A DNA stretch of 64,000 nt. Origin: Octopus vulgaris (taxonomy: Eukaryota). The position numbers and the translations under genes were made by a program. This document shows, one piece after another, positions 41,701-54,352 of the stretch (its first letter is position 1; every line of letters starts with the position of its first letter). Below the pieces are notes generated by a model. That model had not been told where the DNA came from and searched no databases. It saw only the letters and a program-made list of their open reading frames with translations. Location of the stretch: the NCBI GenBank assembly GCA_951406725.2, contig OX597832.1, forward strand, positions 16,244,001 to 16,308,000, written 5' to 3'.

Positions 41701-41887
41701 TATAAGTATATGAAAGAATGGAGTTGAACGACTAGTTAACAAATATCCTTTATTCTCGACATATGTTTCGAAGGCTGCATACTCCTTATTCCTTCGGAAT
41801 TAGGAATATGCAGCCTTCGAAACATATGTCGAGAATAAAGGATATTTGTTAACTAGTCGTTCAACTCAATTCTTTCATATACTTATA
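41701..41887. repeat. Near-perfect 187-bp palindrome (92-bp arms, 3-nt loop, 3 mismatches)
   Basis: Direct comparison of arms; both carry CGAAAC-ATAT-GTC in outward orientation. Confidence 0.97.
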
Positions 41888-41959
41888 TATACATATATAT
41901 ATGTATGTATGTATGTATATATATACATATGTATGTATGAATGTATACCTATCTATCTA

Positions 41960-42140
41960 TAATAATATTGATAATAATAATAACATCGAAAAATACATTT
42001 TAAATGGAAACCCAGGTTCGATATTTCCCCAAGCAAACGATGAAGTCTGGAGAGTATATCAGCGGAAACGCCGTGTTAACAACAAAGAAGATGATGACAA
42101 ATAATTGTCAAATGTAAATAATGTAGATAAAAATCATATG
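41960..42140 (+). mobile_element. Penelope-like terminal-repeat remnant with degenerate hammerhead
   Basis: 42033-42078 ACGATGA-AGTCTG-GAGAGTATAT-CAGCG-GAAAC-GCC-GTGTT. Confidence 0.45.
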
Positions 42141-42295
42141 AATACATCAAATTTTAAAGTATATATATTTTTACTAGATCCCAAATATTATTATTTTATT
42201 CAAATTTCACACAATCTGCAACAGGATAAAAATTATTTATCTCTACTGACAAATAATACTCACACACAACTTCCATATCAATATTTCTAGTGACA

Positions 42296-42580
42296 TTGCT
42301 CCAGAGCGTCGGCTGCGGGGTCACTCCGAAAAGCTCTATCTGCGCCGAGTTCATCTCAATCGAAGGAAAGGGGCGTTCTCCGTCCGGGTTGCAGATCCGT
42401 GGAATAAGCTGCCGGATGAGATAGTGAAGAATGCCGACGACCGCTTGGTTCAAAGTCTCCCCTGACGACAAATGGCCTGAAATCTTTACATGAACACCAC
42501 CCTGTACATAGCTCCATGTACCCCTACATGGCCTTGGTTTTTGCTTTTTGAGCCAAAAAAGTAACTAACTAACTAAATAA
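42296..42580 (+). mobile_element. CR1-type LINE 3' end with (TAAC)n tail
   Basis: APERRLRGHSEKLYLRRVHLNRRKGAFSVRVADPWNKLPDEIVK carries the CR1 RGH..KL / F..RV...WN.LP signature. Confidence 0.88.
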
Positions 42581-44054
42581 GAACCCGTATGGAAATTTAG
42601 TTTTTTTTTAAATGTTTCTTTTCTTCAAAAACAACACACCATTCTTAGTCACATCGGAGTCCAAATACCATGAAGAAATAAAACAAATGCTTTACATTAG
42701 AACGCTAGAAATATGCGGAAATGAGATGGCTATGACAAAAAAAAAACAACTTTTCAACTAGATGCTAGCTCGAATGCAAAATAGGATTAAATAGCTGCTC
42801 TATTGGAATTAAATAAAGTCAGCAATTTCGTTGACATTTTAGATCCAGTGAATAATACCTTCCCGAGGCGAACCGGCTAAATTTGTACTTGTGCTCAAAT
42901 TACTTCTGATTTCCTTCCATATCATTTTTTCACGAGTCGATAAAAAATAAGGTGGTAATAAAAACTGAACGCTTGCTTATGTTTTAGAACGTAGTTATCA
43001 ATGCACTGTGGGAGAAGAGCAGACTTCTGTTTTTTGTAGCTTCTAAAATAATGTATGCCAATAACTGCTGCAAACAAGAAGAGAAAACCATTATGAATTA
43101 GCTATGGATAACTATATAAATCGTGCATTGAGCTGGTAAGCAATTTTGCAATGTATATTAGACCAAGTAGGAATACAACAGAAACACATTGAGTAATTAT
43201 GAAAACAACTAAACGATGATCGCATTTATTTTAGTGACATTTAGTAATAGCCAGGATAGAGTAGTCTGAAGAATACAGTAATGCGATAACGCTAAAATAC
43301 TGAGTAAGCGAAATGTTGATATCAACGATTATATTTGAAGCAGCTGAAATCAGTATTCTAAACTACACTAACTTAAACATCATTGTTCTATGTCTACTGT
43401 ATATAACAGAATATGAATCGAAATCTGAAGAAATGAAATTCTAGAATTAATGGAAATGATGTCATTGGGTGTGTTTGCTTCAAAGGAGGATTTACACATT
43501 TGAAACCTAAATTCCCTAATATCGGAAGCAACTAGTATCAAAACTACGAATCGTTTAAGCTATTTCGGTACATCCTTGTCAAAATACGTTGATCCGTTTT
43601 TAGCTATAATGTCGTACGCTAGTAGAAAGAGATCAGTGTCATATTCAGAAAAGCAGATTACCTTCAAAAGATATCACATACAAGGAACACATCAACCCAA
43701 ATCTTCCATCATTTATGCGTAAAATGCCATTGTATTTATTTTCATTGGGCGAAAAATATACAGGGAAGAATACGTGACTGCAAAGAGACAACTTATGAAT
43801 ACTATTAAAATGCAATGCGAAAGAAAATTCCGTGGCCACAATAATTTATTATTGTATTATGTATCAACACGATTCATATATCCATAAGTATTATGATATG
43901 GAAATGCAAATGTGACCAGCACAGACATATACTGACACAGAAACACACGTGTATAAACAAACACACACACGCACATATATGTATGTAGGTATGCATGTGT
44001 GCATTTATAGATGGATGTTTATATGCAATGATGTTGAGATACATGGATGGCTGT

Positions 44055-44600
44055 ATCTATGCAGCAGTTTTCTTCACTCTTTCCTCCAACTATGAACCAT
44101 CTTTTTGTTGTTTTTCTCTGTCCATTATTCCTGGGAGCCTCATGAGGCGAAGGTCCCTCGGTCCCACCTTTGAAGGTAATATCAGTAGCCACGGACACTA
44201 AATTTTTTTCTTTATTTCTGTAACGTGACCAACTGCGATTGTGAATATTATCAACCACCGTGTTGTACATCTATCTTTAGGTCTCCTGCCATTTGCCTCG
44301 GTTCGAAGAACCCGCCTTGCGATATTTTTTTCTTTGACATTCCAAACATATATCTGTATAATTGTAGTGGTGACCTATCAATGGGGCGACGTAGCAGTTC
44401 GACATAGAAAGAGTCGCATTTTCGAGCAGTGCTGCTCCCGAAATTATTCAGAGGAAACCCATATCGTCCGCTTGTATAATTAATTTTGATAATTATCCGA
44501 CATTTATTAGAATAGAGGAGAAAAAGCACGACATCTGAACTGGCTTTTATAACACATTCTACATTCTCTCCAACAGGAGTTGGAACTGGTACAGTACTGT
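44055..44600 (-). mobile_element. Possible decayed Gypsy integrase/3' region
   Basis: RYGFP...RKCDSFYVELL...GMSKK loosely resembles the integrase core GFPE..SDNG..F..F....GMAER; purine tract GGAGGAAAGAG-TG at the distal end. Confidence 0.35.
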
Positions 44601-44722
44601 GAAACACTAATGTTTCTAGTATACATATCAATCTCTTGTTTATGATATAAATCGTGAATTCTGCCCCGATACACTTAAGCTTCTTCATCTAATTCAGTGA
44701 CCTCTCACCACTATGTAGAATA

Positions 44723-45018
44723 GGATTAGAAAAATGCACCAAAGTAACCCTGAAAATAGGTAAACTAGTTAAGAGTAACAACATCACACTAGATAAAACC
44801 AATGAAATAAAAGAATTAGACCAAAACCAAACTTACAAATACTTAGGAATCCATGAACTAGATAAGACACAACACACACAAATGAAAGAGAAAAAAATAT
44901 TATAGACGAGTTAGATCAATACTAATAACAGAGCTCAATGCTAAAAACAAGATAAATAGTTATTAACACTTTAGCTGGACCATTTATATATACAGCTACA
45001 ATATCCTTAACTGTACAC
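44723..45018 (+). mobile_element. Dong/R4-type LINE RT C-terminal fragment
   Basis: GLEKCTKVTLKIGKLVKSNNITLDKTNEIKELDQNQTYKYLGIHE...YYRRVRSILITELNAKNKI..INTLA. Confidence 0.85.
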
Positions 45019-45286
45019 TAATTTTTGTTTTCAAAGTAAGGCGAAGGTACCAGACAGTGACATTTATGGTATAATGACGAACAATCATATTCGTTCATTT
45101 CATTGACACAAAAAACACGTGCACCGATGACAATAAATTTGAAAACAATTTTACAGCGAATATGCATATACTACTCAAGTAATAAGACATGCTGTTATGC
45201 ATTGTTAATGTAATAAATGCAGCCTAATACGACAGCAGTTTTCAAAGATCCATCTTGGTTGAAACAAATCGCTGATATATGTAATC

Positions 45287-45531
45287 CTTTACTCTCTTTT
45301 ACTTCTTTCAGTCATTTGACTGCGGCCATGTTGGAGTACCGCCTTTAATTGAGCAACTCGACCCCGGGAATTATTCTTTTGTAAACCCAGTACTTATTCT
45401 ATCGGTCTATTTTGCCGAACCGCTAGGTAACGGGGACATAGACACACCAGCATCGGTTGTCAAGGAATGCTAGGAGGACAAACACAGACACACAAACACA
45501 CATACACACATATATATATATATATATCAAT

Positions 45532-45598
<67 letters not shown>

Positions 45599-45720
45599 TA
45601 CGACGGGCTTCTTTCAGTTTCCGTCTACCAAATCCACTCACAAGGCTTTGGGCGGCCCGAAGACATCAAGGTGCAACGCAGTGGGACTGAGCCCGGGACC
45701 TGCGCCTAGATACTTACCAC
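45287..45720 (-). mobile_element. tRNA-derived SINE with internal (TA)n
   Basis: Collinear with 49822-50228. Confidence 0.9.
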
Positions 45721-45969
45721 ACATCATATTCCGATCTAAAAACTAGAAATATTAATATTTCTAAAGCCCTCAAAGAGTGGTGGGCAGTATCAGCACCATA
45801 AAGTAATGACGTTTTGCCAACACAGTGTAACACTACCAGGGTAGTTATTTAGCACCAGGAAACACCATTTCCACCAGGCTATAAGACACAAAAAATCTGT
45901 TTCGTTATATTTTCGAACAGGGGAGATCAGCGCCTGATTGAGAGAAAACAAATTAGAAATAATAATATT

Positions 45970-46375
45970 TCCACATGGTGTTAGAGTTAACACTGCCGAC
46001 TACATTGATGTCCTGGAAACAATTGTGAAGCCTTGGATAGATAGTGTATGAAATGGTAGGCCATATGTGTTTCAGTAAGATTCTGCACTCTCACACATGT
46101 ATAATATCATAGGAATGGATGGCTAAAAGTTTTTATGATCACATAACCCCTAACATTTGGCCTCCAAATTCACCAGACGTCATTCCATTGGACTATCACA
46201 TGTGAAGTGTTGAGAGAGAGGTCAATGAACACGCCCATAACAACAGAGATTCTCTGAAAGCTGCAATAGTCAGAGTAGTGTCGAAAATGAACCATGATCT
46301 CTTGATTTAAATATGTAGATGAATTAGATCTCATATAGAAGCAGATGCGGAAGCTGAAGTTGGTTTTATCGAAAA
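45970..46375 (+). pseudogene. Tc1/mariner-superfamily (maT/DD37D-like) transposase C-terminal half
   Basis: GVRVNTADYIDVLETIVKPWIDSV*NGRPYVFQ*DSALSH...IWPPNSPDVIPLDY...SLKAAIVRV; several stops. Confidence 0.85.
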
Positions 46376-46504
46376 CCATAATAGAAATGCCGGTTTCATT
46401 TTATACTCATAATACTTTTTTGATAAATAAATTTATGTTATGTCTGTTATTATATGCCTCTCTTTTTATGGACATTAATCAGTCCTCAAATATCTTCTGA
46501 ACCT

Positions 46505-46596
<92 letters not shown>

Positions 46597-46659
46597 TATA
46601 TACATATATATATATACATATATGTACAGATTATATGTGTCCGTGTGTGTATATATATA

Positions 46660-46720
<61 letters not shown>
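46505..46720. repeat. (TA)n microsatellite block
   Basis: direct. Confidence 0.95.
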
Positions 46721-46721
<1 letters not shown>

Positions 46722-47931
46722 TGTTGTTTGTCTACTCATTATGCAGTCTGATCCCCTATGTACCTACACCTCACCATTCTCGTGGTGCCTAATGTGTTTT
46801 TTTTAAACCTGCCAATGTATTTCAAATACAGCCACATATATTGCATATCCGATTTGGGCCACCAGGAACTGCAGTTAAGTTTTGATCTTTGTTGATCTTA
46901 TAATGTCTCTTGTGAACTTCGTTGGATTTGCAGACCTTATGTCATGAATGGCGAGCTGGGTGATTGTTGGACACCCGACGAGATGAAACATTACGACCGT
47001 CAAAGCGTGGAGGAACTTATGTGTACTCAACAAATACATATAAATATGTATATAGTATCAGCAATTATATAAGGTTCAGTAGGAACAAGTGTATTTAATA
47101 TGTTATTATTGAAGAGAAGCAACATGTTAAGACTACATATTTAACTCATGTTTACAGATATATATATAATGTCTTTCTTTTGTGAAAATGTGAAATGAAG
47201 AGAGTAAATTAGCCAAATTGTACTTAGATAAGTATATAGTTATTTGTAAACTTTAATAAAATAATTTTTAATATTCAAATTATAATTTTAGCTGCAATAT
47301 TTTAAGTAAAATATTTCTTATTCGTTACTTTACTTGAAGTAATAATTTATCCAATACAGGTGTAATGACTTGTCCTTTACTTTTTAAGGTTTACAATATC
47401 AAGAATATTACTTTTCATAATCGCAGTTTTCCATGAAATCTATGATTTTCCAGGCATTGCTGTCATAAGATAATTAATAATGTGTCAATTAAAAATTTAA
47501 GATTTTAACTTAAAAATTACTCAAAGATAATATTTCAATTTTTCCATGTAAGTGATGATAATATTTCAATTCCTTTCATGTTTAATTAAAATATATGTTG
47601 TGATTGAATTATTTGATATTATCAATCCACACCAAATTAAAGGCAGGAATTTTTACCATGTTGTTGGTTGCATCATGGCTCGCCAAATGTTACAATCAAA
47701 AAGACACCAAAACCGTCAGTTACCAAGCTTACCTTAAGTAACCTAATTTTGCAATATGAGCGCCATAATATATATATATATATATATATACCGAACGTCA
47801 CAGAATGTGTACAACAAAACGTACGATGAACTAGTACATGCGACATGTAGTATTATTTAAAACAAAGAAAGATACAAAACGAAAACAAAACAAACACCAT
47901 AAAGTACGAATATATATATATATATATATAT

Positions 47932-47965
<34 letters not shown>

Positions 47966-48075
47966 CGTAAATAATGTTATTGTTATATAAGCTTATGGCG
48001 ACCAATGTGAAATTACTAAGCCAAATAATCTCGTGCAGAAGCATACAAACCGTGGACTAACAAAATAATTCTTTC

Positions 48076-48148
48076 CTATCCGCGTGGGAGTCGAACCTAC
48101 TATCACTTGTTAACGCGACAAAGTGTGTGAACTTTATGCTTGCCAATC
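48076..48148 (-). pseudogene. tRNA-like sequence (Thr-CGT-like), copy 1
   Basis: TTTGT-CGCGTTA-ACAAG anticodon arm, 5-nt variable loop, GTAGG-TTCGACT-CCCAC T arm; acceptor and D arms poor. Confidence 0.5.
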
Positions 48149-48365
48149 TCTGTAAAATTTCCGAAGTATATAGTTTGTTTTTGTATTTATGTAAACAAAT
48201 ATTGTATATGCTTTCGGTGCGAATGATTTTTTTACGGCATCGAGTTTACGATCCTACAAACAATAATAATGGTATTTTATATCAGCTTAAGTTATGACGA
48301 TCGCTAAGTAAAATAATCTAATAAAGGGGAATATAAGCCTTCGACAGAAAAATAAAAAGGCTTTC

Positions 48366-48440
48366 CTATCCGCGTAGTGGTCGAACCTACAAACCCTTAG
48401 TTAACGCGACTAAGTGTGTTACATTTACACGAGTGAATCA
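48366..48440 (-). pseudogene. tRNA-like sequence (Thr-CGT-like), copy 2
   Basis: GTG-TAAATGTAA-CAC D arm, TTAGT-CGCGTTA-ACTAA anticodon arm, GTAGG-TTCGACC-ACTAC T arm; acceptor 5/7 paired. Confidence 0.5.
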
Positions 48441-49821
48441 GCTTCTCCACTTCTGTAAAATTTAAGAACTATAATAGTTTTTTAATAGTGTTTGTTTTTT
48501 TATGCAAATAAACACTGTATATGCTTTCGGTGTGACTGTTTTTTTTATATAGCGCCGAGTTTATGATCTTAAGAATTATAATAATTGTATTTTTATAGAC
48601 GCTTAAAATTTATATACACCTCTTTATTCGACTATTTTACTTAGGCATTGGTCAGTGATCGCGAGAAACCTAAAGGTTATATAAACATATCATTCTTATT
48701 ATTTACAGTACTGCAAGCTCAGCACTGTATATAAAAAAACATTCGCACCGAAACACACACACATGAAAACATATACATACATTCGTATATGTGTGAATGT
48801 GTATATATACAAATATATGTGTGTATGTGTGTGTGTGTGTTTGTTTGTGTAGACAGATGTATAGGTATATGTAACAACGACATCAACCTGATAGAATTCA
48901 TTTAGCAGTATACAGTCTGAACTTGGTTTCCATGTGTAATCCGTGTCATGGTGTGTAATAAATGCGGACACTGGTATTTTGTCTGTCATACTGCCTAGCA
49001 TACACAAACTCGCACATACACGACCTCACATGCATGCACACACATATAAGCCCGTGGGGACTCCGCCACACTTAACATCTCTCCAACATGCAAAACATTA
49101 GACGCATATAGTTGCTATTTCTTGCGTGTGTCGATAGAAATATCCGTATAATATTTCTAGATATGAACATGGATGAGGAGTCGTACATTTATCTAAGGGA
49201 ACCGGTTACAATTACAATACAAATAATCATTGGTTTGCTCGAGAATAATATATATTTGCCAAGTCGTAAAAATTAGTCTATATAGTTCTACGTACAGTCA
49301 AAGCGCGTGGGGTTATTTGCATTGAAAATGGAATATAAAGCTTATCTGACTGTTTTCCACCTTTTTGTGCTTCTCTATATAAGCTGCTTTGTTACGAGAG
49401 ATGAATCCACAAAAGACATGTAAGGATATTAAATAATCTCTGAATAATAACCATTGTAGGTTTTTGAATTATTGTATGATATCCATTCACATAAATATGA
49501 CATTCATCTGATAGTTATGTAGGACATTACATGTGAGAAGATATTAGCACAGCGTTCGGAGGGACAAGGAACAATATGACCGTTATTTCAACATACGCAT
49601 TTTTCTCATTATGCGAAAGAGAACGGTTTAAAGTTATCATACATGGACTGGCTGTTGTTTACAACTAGTAATAACCATGTCTGCCGCAAAAGTTTTAGCA
49701 AAATGCATATTGATAGTTTTGCATTTTGAATAATTACCAATGATAGCATTTTTTTGTCATTTCGACTTACTACAATCTGACTTAAAATTGGACCAATTGT
49801 GATTTGCCATTCCATACGTAT

Positions 49822-50228
49822 ACTCTTTACCCTTTACTCTTTTACTTGTTTCAGTCATTTGACTACGGCCATGCTGGAGCACCGCCTTTAGTCGAGTAAC
49901 TCGACCCCGGGACTTATTCTTTTTGTAAGCCCAGTACTTATTCTATCGGTATCTTTTTGCTGAACCGCTAAATGACGGGGACGTAAACACACCAACATCG
50001 GTTGTCAAGCAATGCTAGGGGAACAAACACAGACACACAAAAACGCACACATACATATATATATATACATATATACGACAGGCTTCTTTCAGTTTCCGTC
50101 TACCAAATCCACTCACAAGGCATTGGTCGGCCCGGGGCTATAGTAGAAGACACTTGCCCAAGATATCACACAGTGGGACTGAACCCGGAACCATGTGGTT
50201 GGTTAGCAAGCTACTTACCACACAGCCG
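49822..50228 (-). mobile_element. Near full-length tRNA-derived SINE with internal (TA)/(TG) microsatellite
   Basis: Minus head GGCTGTGTGGTAAG..GGGTTCAGTCCC, core-like CTTGGGCAAGTGTCTT, tail (GTAAAAGA)n. Confidence 0.92.
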
Positions 50229-50996
50229 ATTCGATAAAATAAATATTGCGATGTAAAAGGGTTACCTGTTACCGAAATATTCTGAAACAGCAATAAAAAT
50301 CTGAAACCGTTACTATTATAACCGCTGTGTTGTGTTTTGATTTCTTTAACACTCTCTTATTTCTATCCTCTCGTTTCAAATATCTGCAAATCAATCTGTT
50401 GAAGGAAGCAATTTTCATGTGACACTTGCATCAGCTTCATATTGAATGACAATGTACTATCTTTATTGGATAATGTATCTTTGTCAGAAATAAAAAAGAA
50501 CAAATTACATTTCCTTTTGTTCAGTAGGCGACTAGTTATGAATTTTCAAAGCTGCAGAAATATTTAGTATATCAAATTATATTATTATTTATAGTTTAAC
50601 TCTAAGAATTTCCTCGCGAAGCAGACGTCTGCTCGAAAACGTTCTTCATATAGCCGAGAGCTATACTCGTGACATTGTCCAATGTTTCCTCGGAAATCTT
50701 TAGCAGAATATCGTTTGATATGATTAAGATTTAAAAGCTATGTCGTAGACTGTGTTGGCAAGAGGTGGACTAAACCATCTTTAGTTAGTTCTCAATACAC
50801 ATACTTTTTTTGTTACGTGTTTTACTAAACTTAGTCACGTTAGCAATCCTGAATAGTGTGTAATAAAAGTTCGCTTCTATGAACAACAAATTAACCTGGA
50901 ATCCTTCTATTTCTCTATTTCTTTCACAGTCTTCTCCCACATTGCTTCGTACAACGACTCTTTCTCTCTCTCTTACTCGGCACAAACATACAAACA

Positions 50997-51036
<40 letters not shown>

Positions 51037-51059
51037 AAGATACATAAGTACACAGAGAC

Positions 51060-51115
<56 letters not shown>

Positions 51116-51188
51116 CTGTGTGTGTGTGTGTGTACTCACACAATAACGTTTATCTCAATTATTTTACAGCAAATGAATATTAAACAAA

Positions 51189-51233
51189 TATTGTTTTGTC
51201 CAGAAAGTTCGTGCCGATTGATAGTAGCTTACC
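51189..51233 (+). mobile_element. Isolated mariner terminal inverted repeat
   Basis: TA-TTGTTTTGTCCAGAAAGTTCGTGCCGATTGATAGTAGCTTACC, 41/45 identical to the reverse complement of 12926-12970. Confidence 0.7.
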
Positions 51234-51744
51234 CCACGGATACTCAGTTATGACAAATGTGACTTCAGTTCATCGTACTCTCTTGAGGATGGAAGTGTTC
51301 CCTTCGAGATAGATTTCCTGCTATTTTTAACAGACATAATTACCCTGGAGACATGTTACATTGGTGGTTAAATATGAATATATTCTAGTTGTAAATACTC
51401 GAAAACAATCGGACACAATTTTCCATCAAGTAGCGCGAACTATCAATGTGTAGTAGAGAAGGTGGATACATTTCAGATGTTAAAATGGTTATGCAGAGCA
51501 ATGGAATTATTATTGGGTAGAACATTATGAATATCATACGTTCATTATTAGAAATAATTAAAACCTAACGAATAAGTAACACAATAATTATATAACACAA
51601 GATACAATAAAGATTTGCGATCTGTACATATTCTGGACGCAAACTGTATGCACAATTTATGGATGCACATAAAACTTTATGCTTCATAATACTTTCAATT
51701 TTAATTGTAGAATCAAAGCACATACATTAACATTCAGGAATGGG

Positions 51745-51761
51745 ATATTATTATTGTTGTT

Positions 51762-51792
<31 letters not shown>

Positions 51793-51870
51793 TTGTGGTG
51801 GTGGTGGTGGGTGTTATTGTGGCTGCTGTTCTTGCTATTGCTGATATCGTTGTTGTTGTTGTTGTTGTTT
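51745..51870. repeat. (GTT/GGT/GCT)n trinucleotide tract
   Basis: direct. Confidence 0.9.
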
Positions 51871-51934
51871 ATTCTTGCTCTTCTATTTACGATTGTTTTT
51901 TTTTTTTACTTGAAAGCAGTCACGGTTATGGGAA

Positions 51935-52158
51935 AGAGATAGGTCGAGTAAACCTACACCAGTATTTAGCTGGTAGGTATTTTAACGACTCTGAAATGAT
52001 GAGAGGCAAAGTCGACATCGGCTGAATCTGAACTCCTAACGTAAAGACAGTTGGACTGTAACTAAACATTTTGCGCGGCGTACTAACGACTGTAAAATCT
52101 GACCAAATGCCGCTAAACATTTTGCTGGGCGTTTTAATGATTCTGTGGGCTCACCACA
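51935..52158 (-). mobile_element. Degenerate Meta-domain-type SINE with duplicated head segment
   Basis: GATGAGAGGCAAAGTCGAC; CTAAACATTTTGC occurs twice. Confidence 0.7.
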
Positions 52159-53665
52159 TTTATTCCATCTAATATTAGTAAGAAATTCAGGAAAAAAAAA
52201 GAATCATTGCTTTATATTGCCTTGGTTAGAGGGGCGTTTTGCGTGGATAATCCTTAATTTCCGCAAAGGAAAAGAATATTAACATCCGTTTCAGAAATTT
52301 CATATGATACACACGTGTATAATATAAATTGTGTCTATTTATTTTCGAGAAAAGTCAATCCAACATTTTTATTGATATACAATTCGAAAGTAGAAAAGTA
52401 TATCAGTAAGCATCTACGTCATTAAGAGTGAACATAGCACAACAACAGAAAAAAACTGAATTTATTTAGAAAAACAACACTAAGAATATTTAGGTAATCT
52501 AGTTTCAGCTTAGAGAGAACGTAATTATATTATAAGAGGATTTCATTTCTCCAAATGTCTATAAGTAAGAGATTGCTAAATTTACCAAATCTCCTATAAT
52601 ATGCTTATAAGAAGAAAAGCAAATCATACAACAATAATAGGCCTCCTAGAATATAGTGGAAACAAGAAATTAAGGTGGGGATAATGGGAACAAATCGAAT
52701 CTAGCACAAGCTATTGTCCAAAGTAGAAGAACACAAGCGTACAGCCTCGATGTATTTGAGCAAACTATCTTAGTAAGCAATAAATTGCTATCAGAAAAGA
52801 AGTTGACGTCAATATTGGTATTCCGAATTTCAGCAGTATTTATAATACATTTTTTCCAAGTTTTAGTTAATTTGGTCCAATAGTAAACAAAAAAATGTAG
52901 GCACTTATAGAATGGGATCGCTTCAACGAATAGTATAAATATGTGACATCCAAATGTATTTACAACATCTGTGAAATTACGATGTACTTAGAAACTATAA
53001 CGGTATTTTTGCTGAGCGCCACATAACTAATATCATAGATGAGCTAAATAGCTTAACCCACAAGATAATTTATATTTTAATACGTCAAACAGTCAATATA
53101 TTAAATATCATATAGACATGTACGTTGTCGAAGATATTGAATATTTGAAAGAGTTTAATTTCAAATTCAAATAAGTTTTCGAATAAACTATACATTTATT
53201 TTTAAAATACCAACTTCCACAAAGTGATGCCTTGTATGCACATGCACACTCCATTAAAACATTCAGAAGAGCAAGAAGGGGGAAAGAACATTACTTTCGG
53301 ATGAAGAATGACGTTCGGTTTTACATAGATATATATATATACTTGCAATGTTCCATTCTTGATCTAACAAAAGCAAACGTAATATACTTTGCTACGTTCT
53401 ATGCGCTCGTTCCACAATCAAGGCAACCCAAATAAATTCGCAACATATCAGACAAGCTAATGACTAAAACGAAACAAACAATGCGTAGTAGTAAAATGTT
53501 AATGGCATTTAAATGACTGGAAACGTTTTGATAAGCGAAGTGTAGAATCCATAAATATTCGCATCAATACCTTATAACATGCAACGCATTAAAATATATG
53601 CGTATGTGTGTGTGCGTGTGTACGACAGCGCATGTGTGTGTGTTTGCTTATAGATGCAAATATAT

Positions 53666-53713
<48 letters not shown>

Positions 53714-53714
53714 T

Positions 53715-54228
53715 AGATAAACTTAGATATGTTTCGACCAAAGATTGGTCCAGGTCATGTCTAAATTAATAGCAATCACCTGATAGGATTATTTGAATCC
53801 TTTTTAAGTCAAGTTTAGTTTATGGGCCATTCAAGTAGTTAGTTTTTGTTGGGTGAGTTGTATCCAATTATGGGCTGCTTATCTGGTATTCTTTGAAGGA
53901 ATCTATCCAGACTCCGTTTAAAGTTGATGGGATCATTTTCCTCTTTGATCTCTTTCGGGACAATGTTAAATAGGACAGGGTCTGTTGAGGAAAAGAAATT
54001 ATGTTGCAGTGCACATGTATGCTGTGATCTTGAAATGGGCAGGGGACGTATGACCTGTGGTCCCAGTCTTGGATGAAACTTGAAGCTTATGTTAAGTCGT
54101 TTGGGCAAAGTTGGCAGTATCTTCTCCACATCGTACAAATGATGTACCACTCACGGCGACGCTGGAGACAGTAGAGTTTCAAGGTTTTAAGGCGATCCCA
54201 ATAATCGAGAGCAGACATGCCTTCAATT
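53715..54228 (-). mobile_element. CR1-superfamily LINE 3' end
   Basis: IEGMSALDYWDRLKTLKLYCLQRRREWYII; LFNIVPKEIK...FKRSLDRFLQRIPD. Confidence 0.85.
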
Positions 54229-54352
54229 CGTTTCGGCGATTTTTTTTATTTTTGTTATAAACCTGACACATATATTTCTTTATTCTAATTGAGTTTGTGC
54301 TTTATAAATATTTAGAAATGTTTTTTTTTTCTTTTGTTATTTTTGTCTCGAG

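Larger units (their letters stand above)
48060..48610. repeat. Tandem duplication, ~290-bp unit, each unit with a tRNA-like segment on the minus strand
   Basis: CTTTCCTATCCGCGT..GTCGAACCTAC at 48071 and 48361; TGTATATGCTTTCGGTG and CGAGTTTA repeated. Confidence 0.9.

Noticed and set aside
44251-44688. 145-aa ORF as a host gene
   Set aside because: No host domain recognised; better explained as a decayed retroelement fragment.
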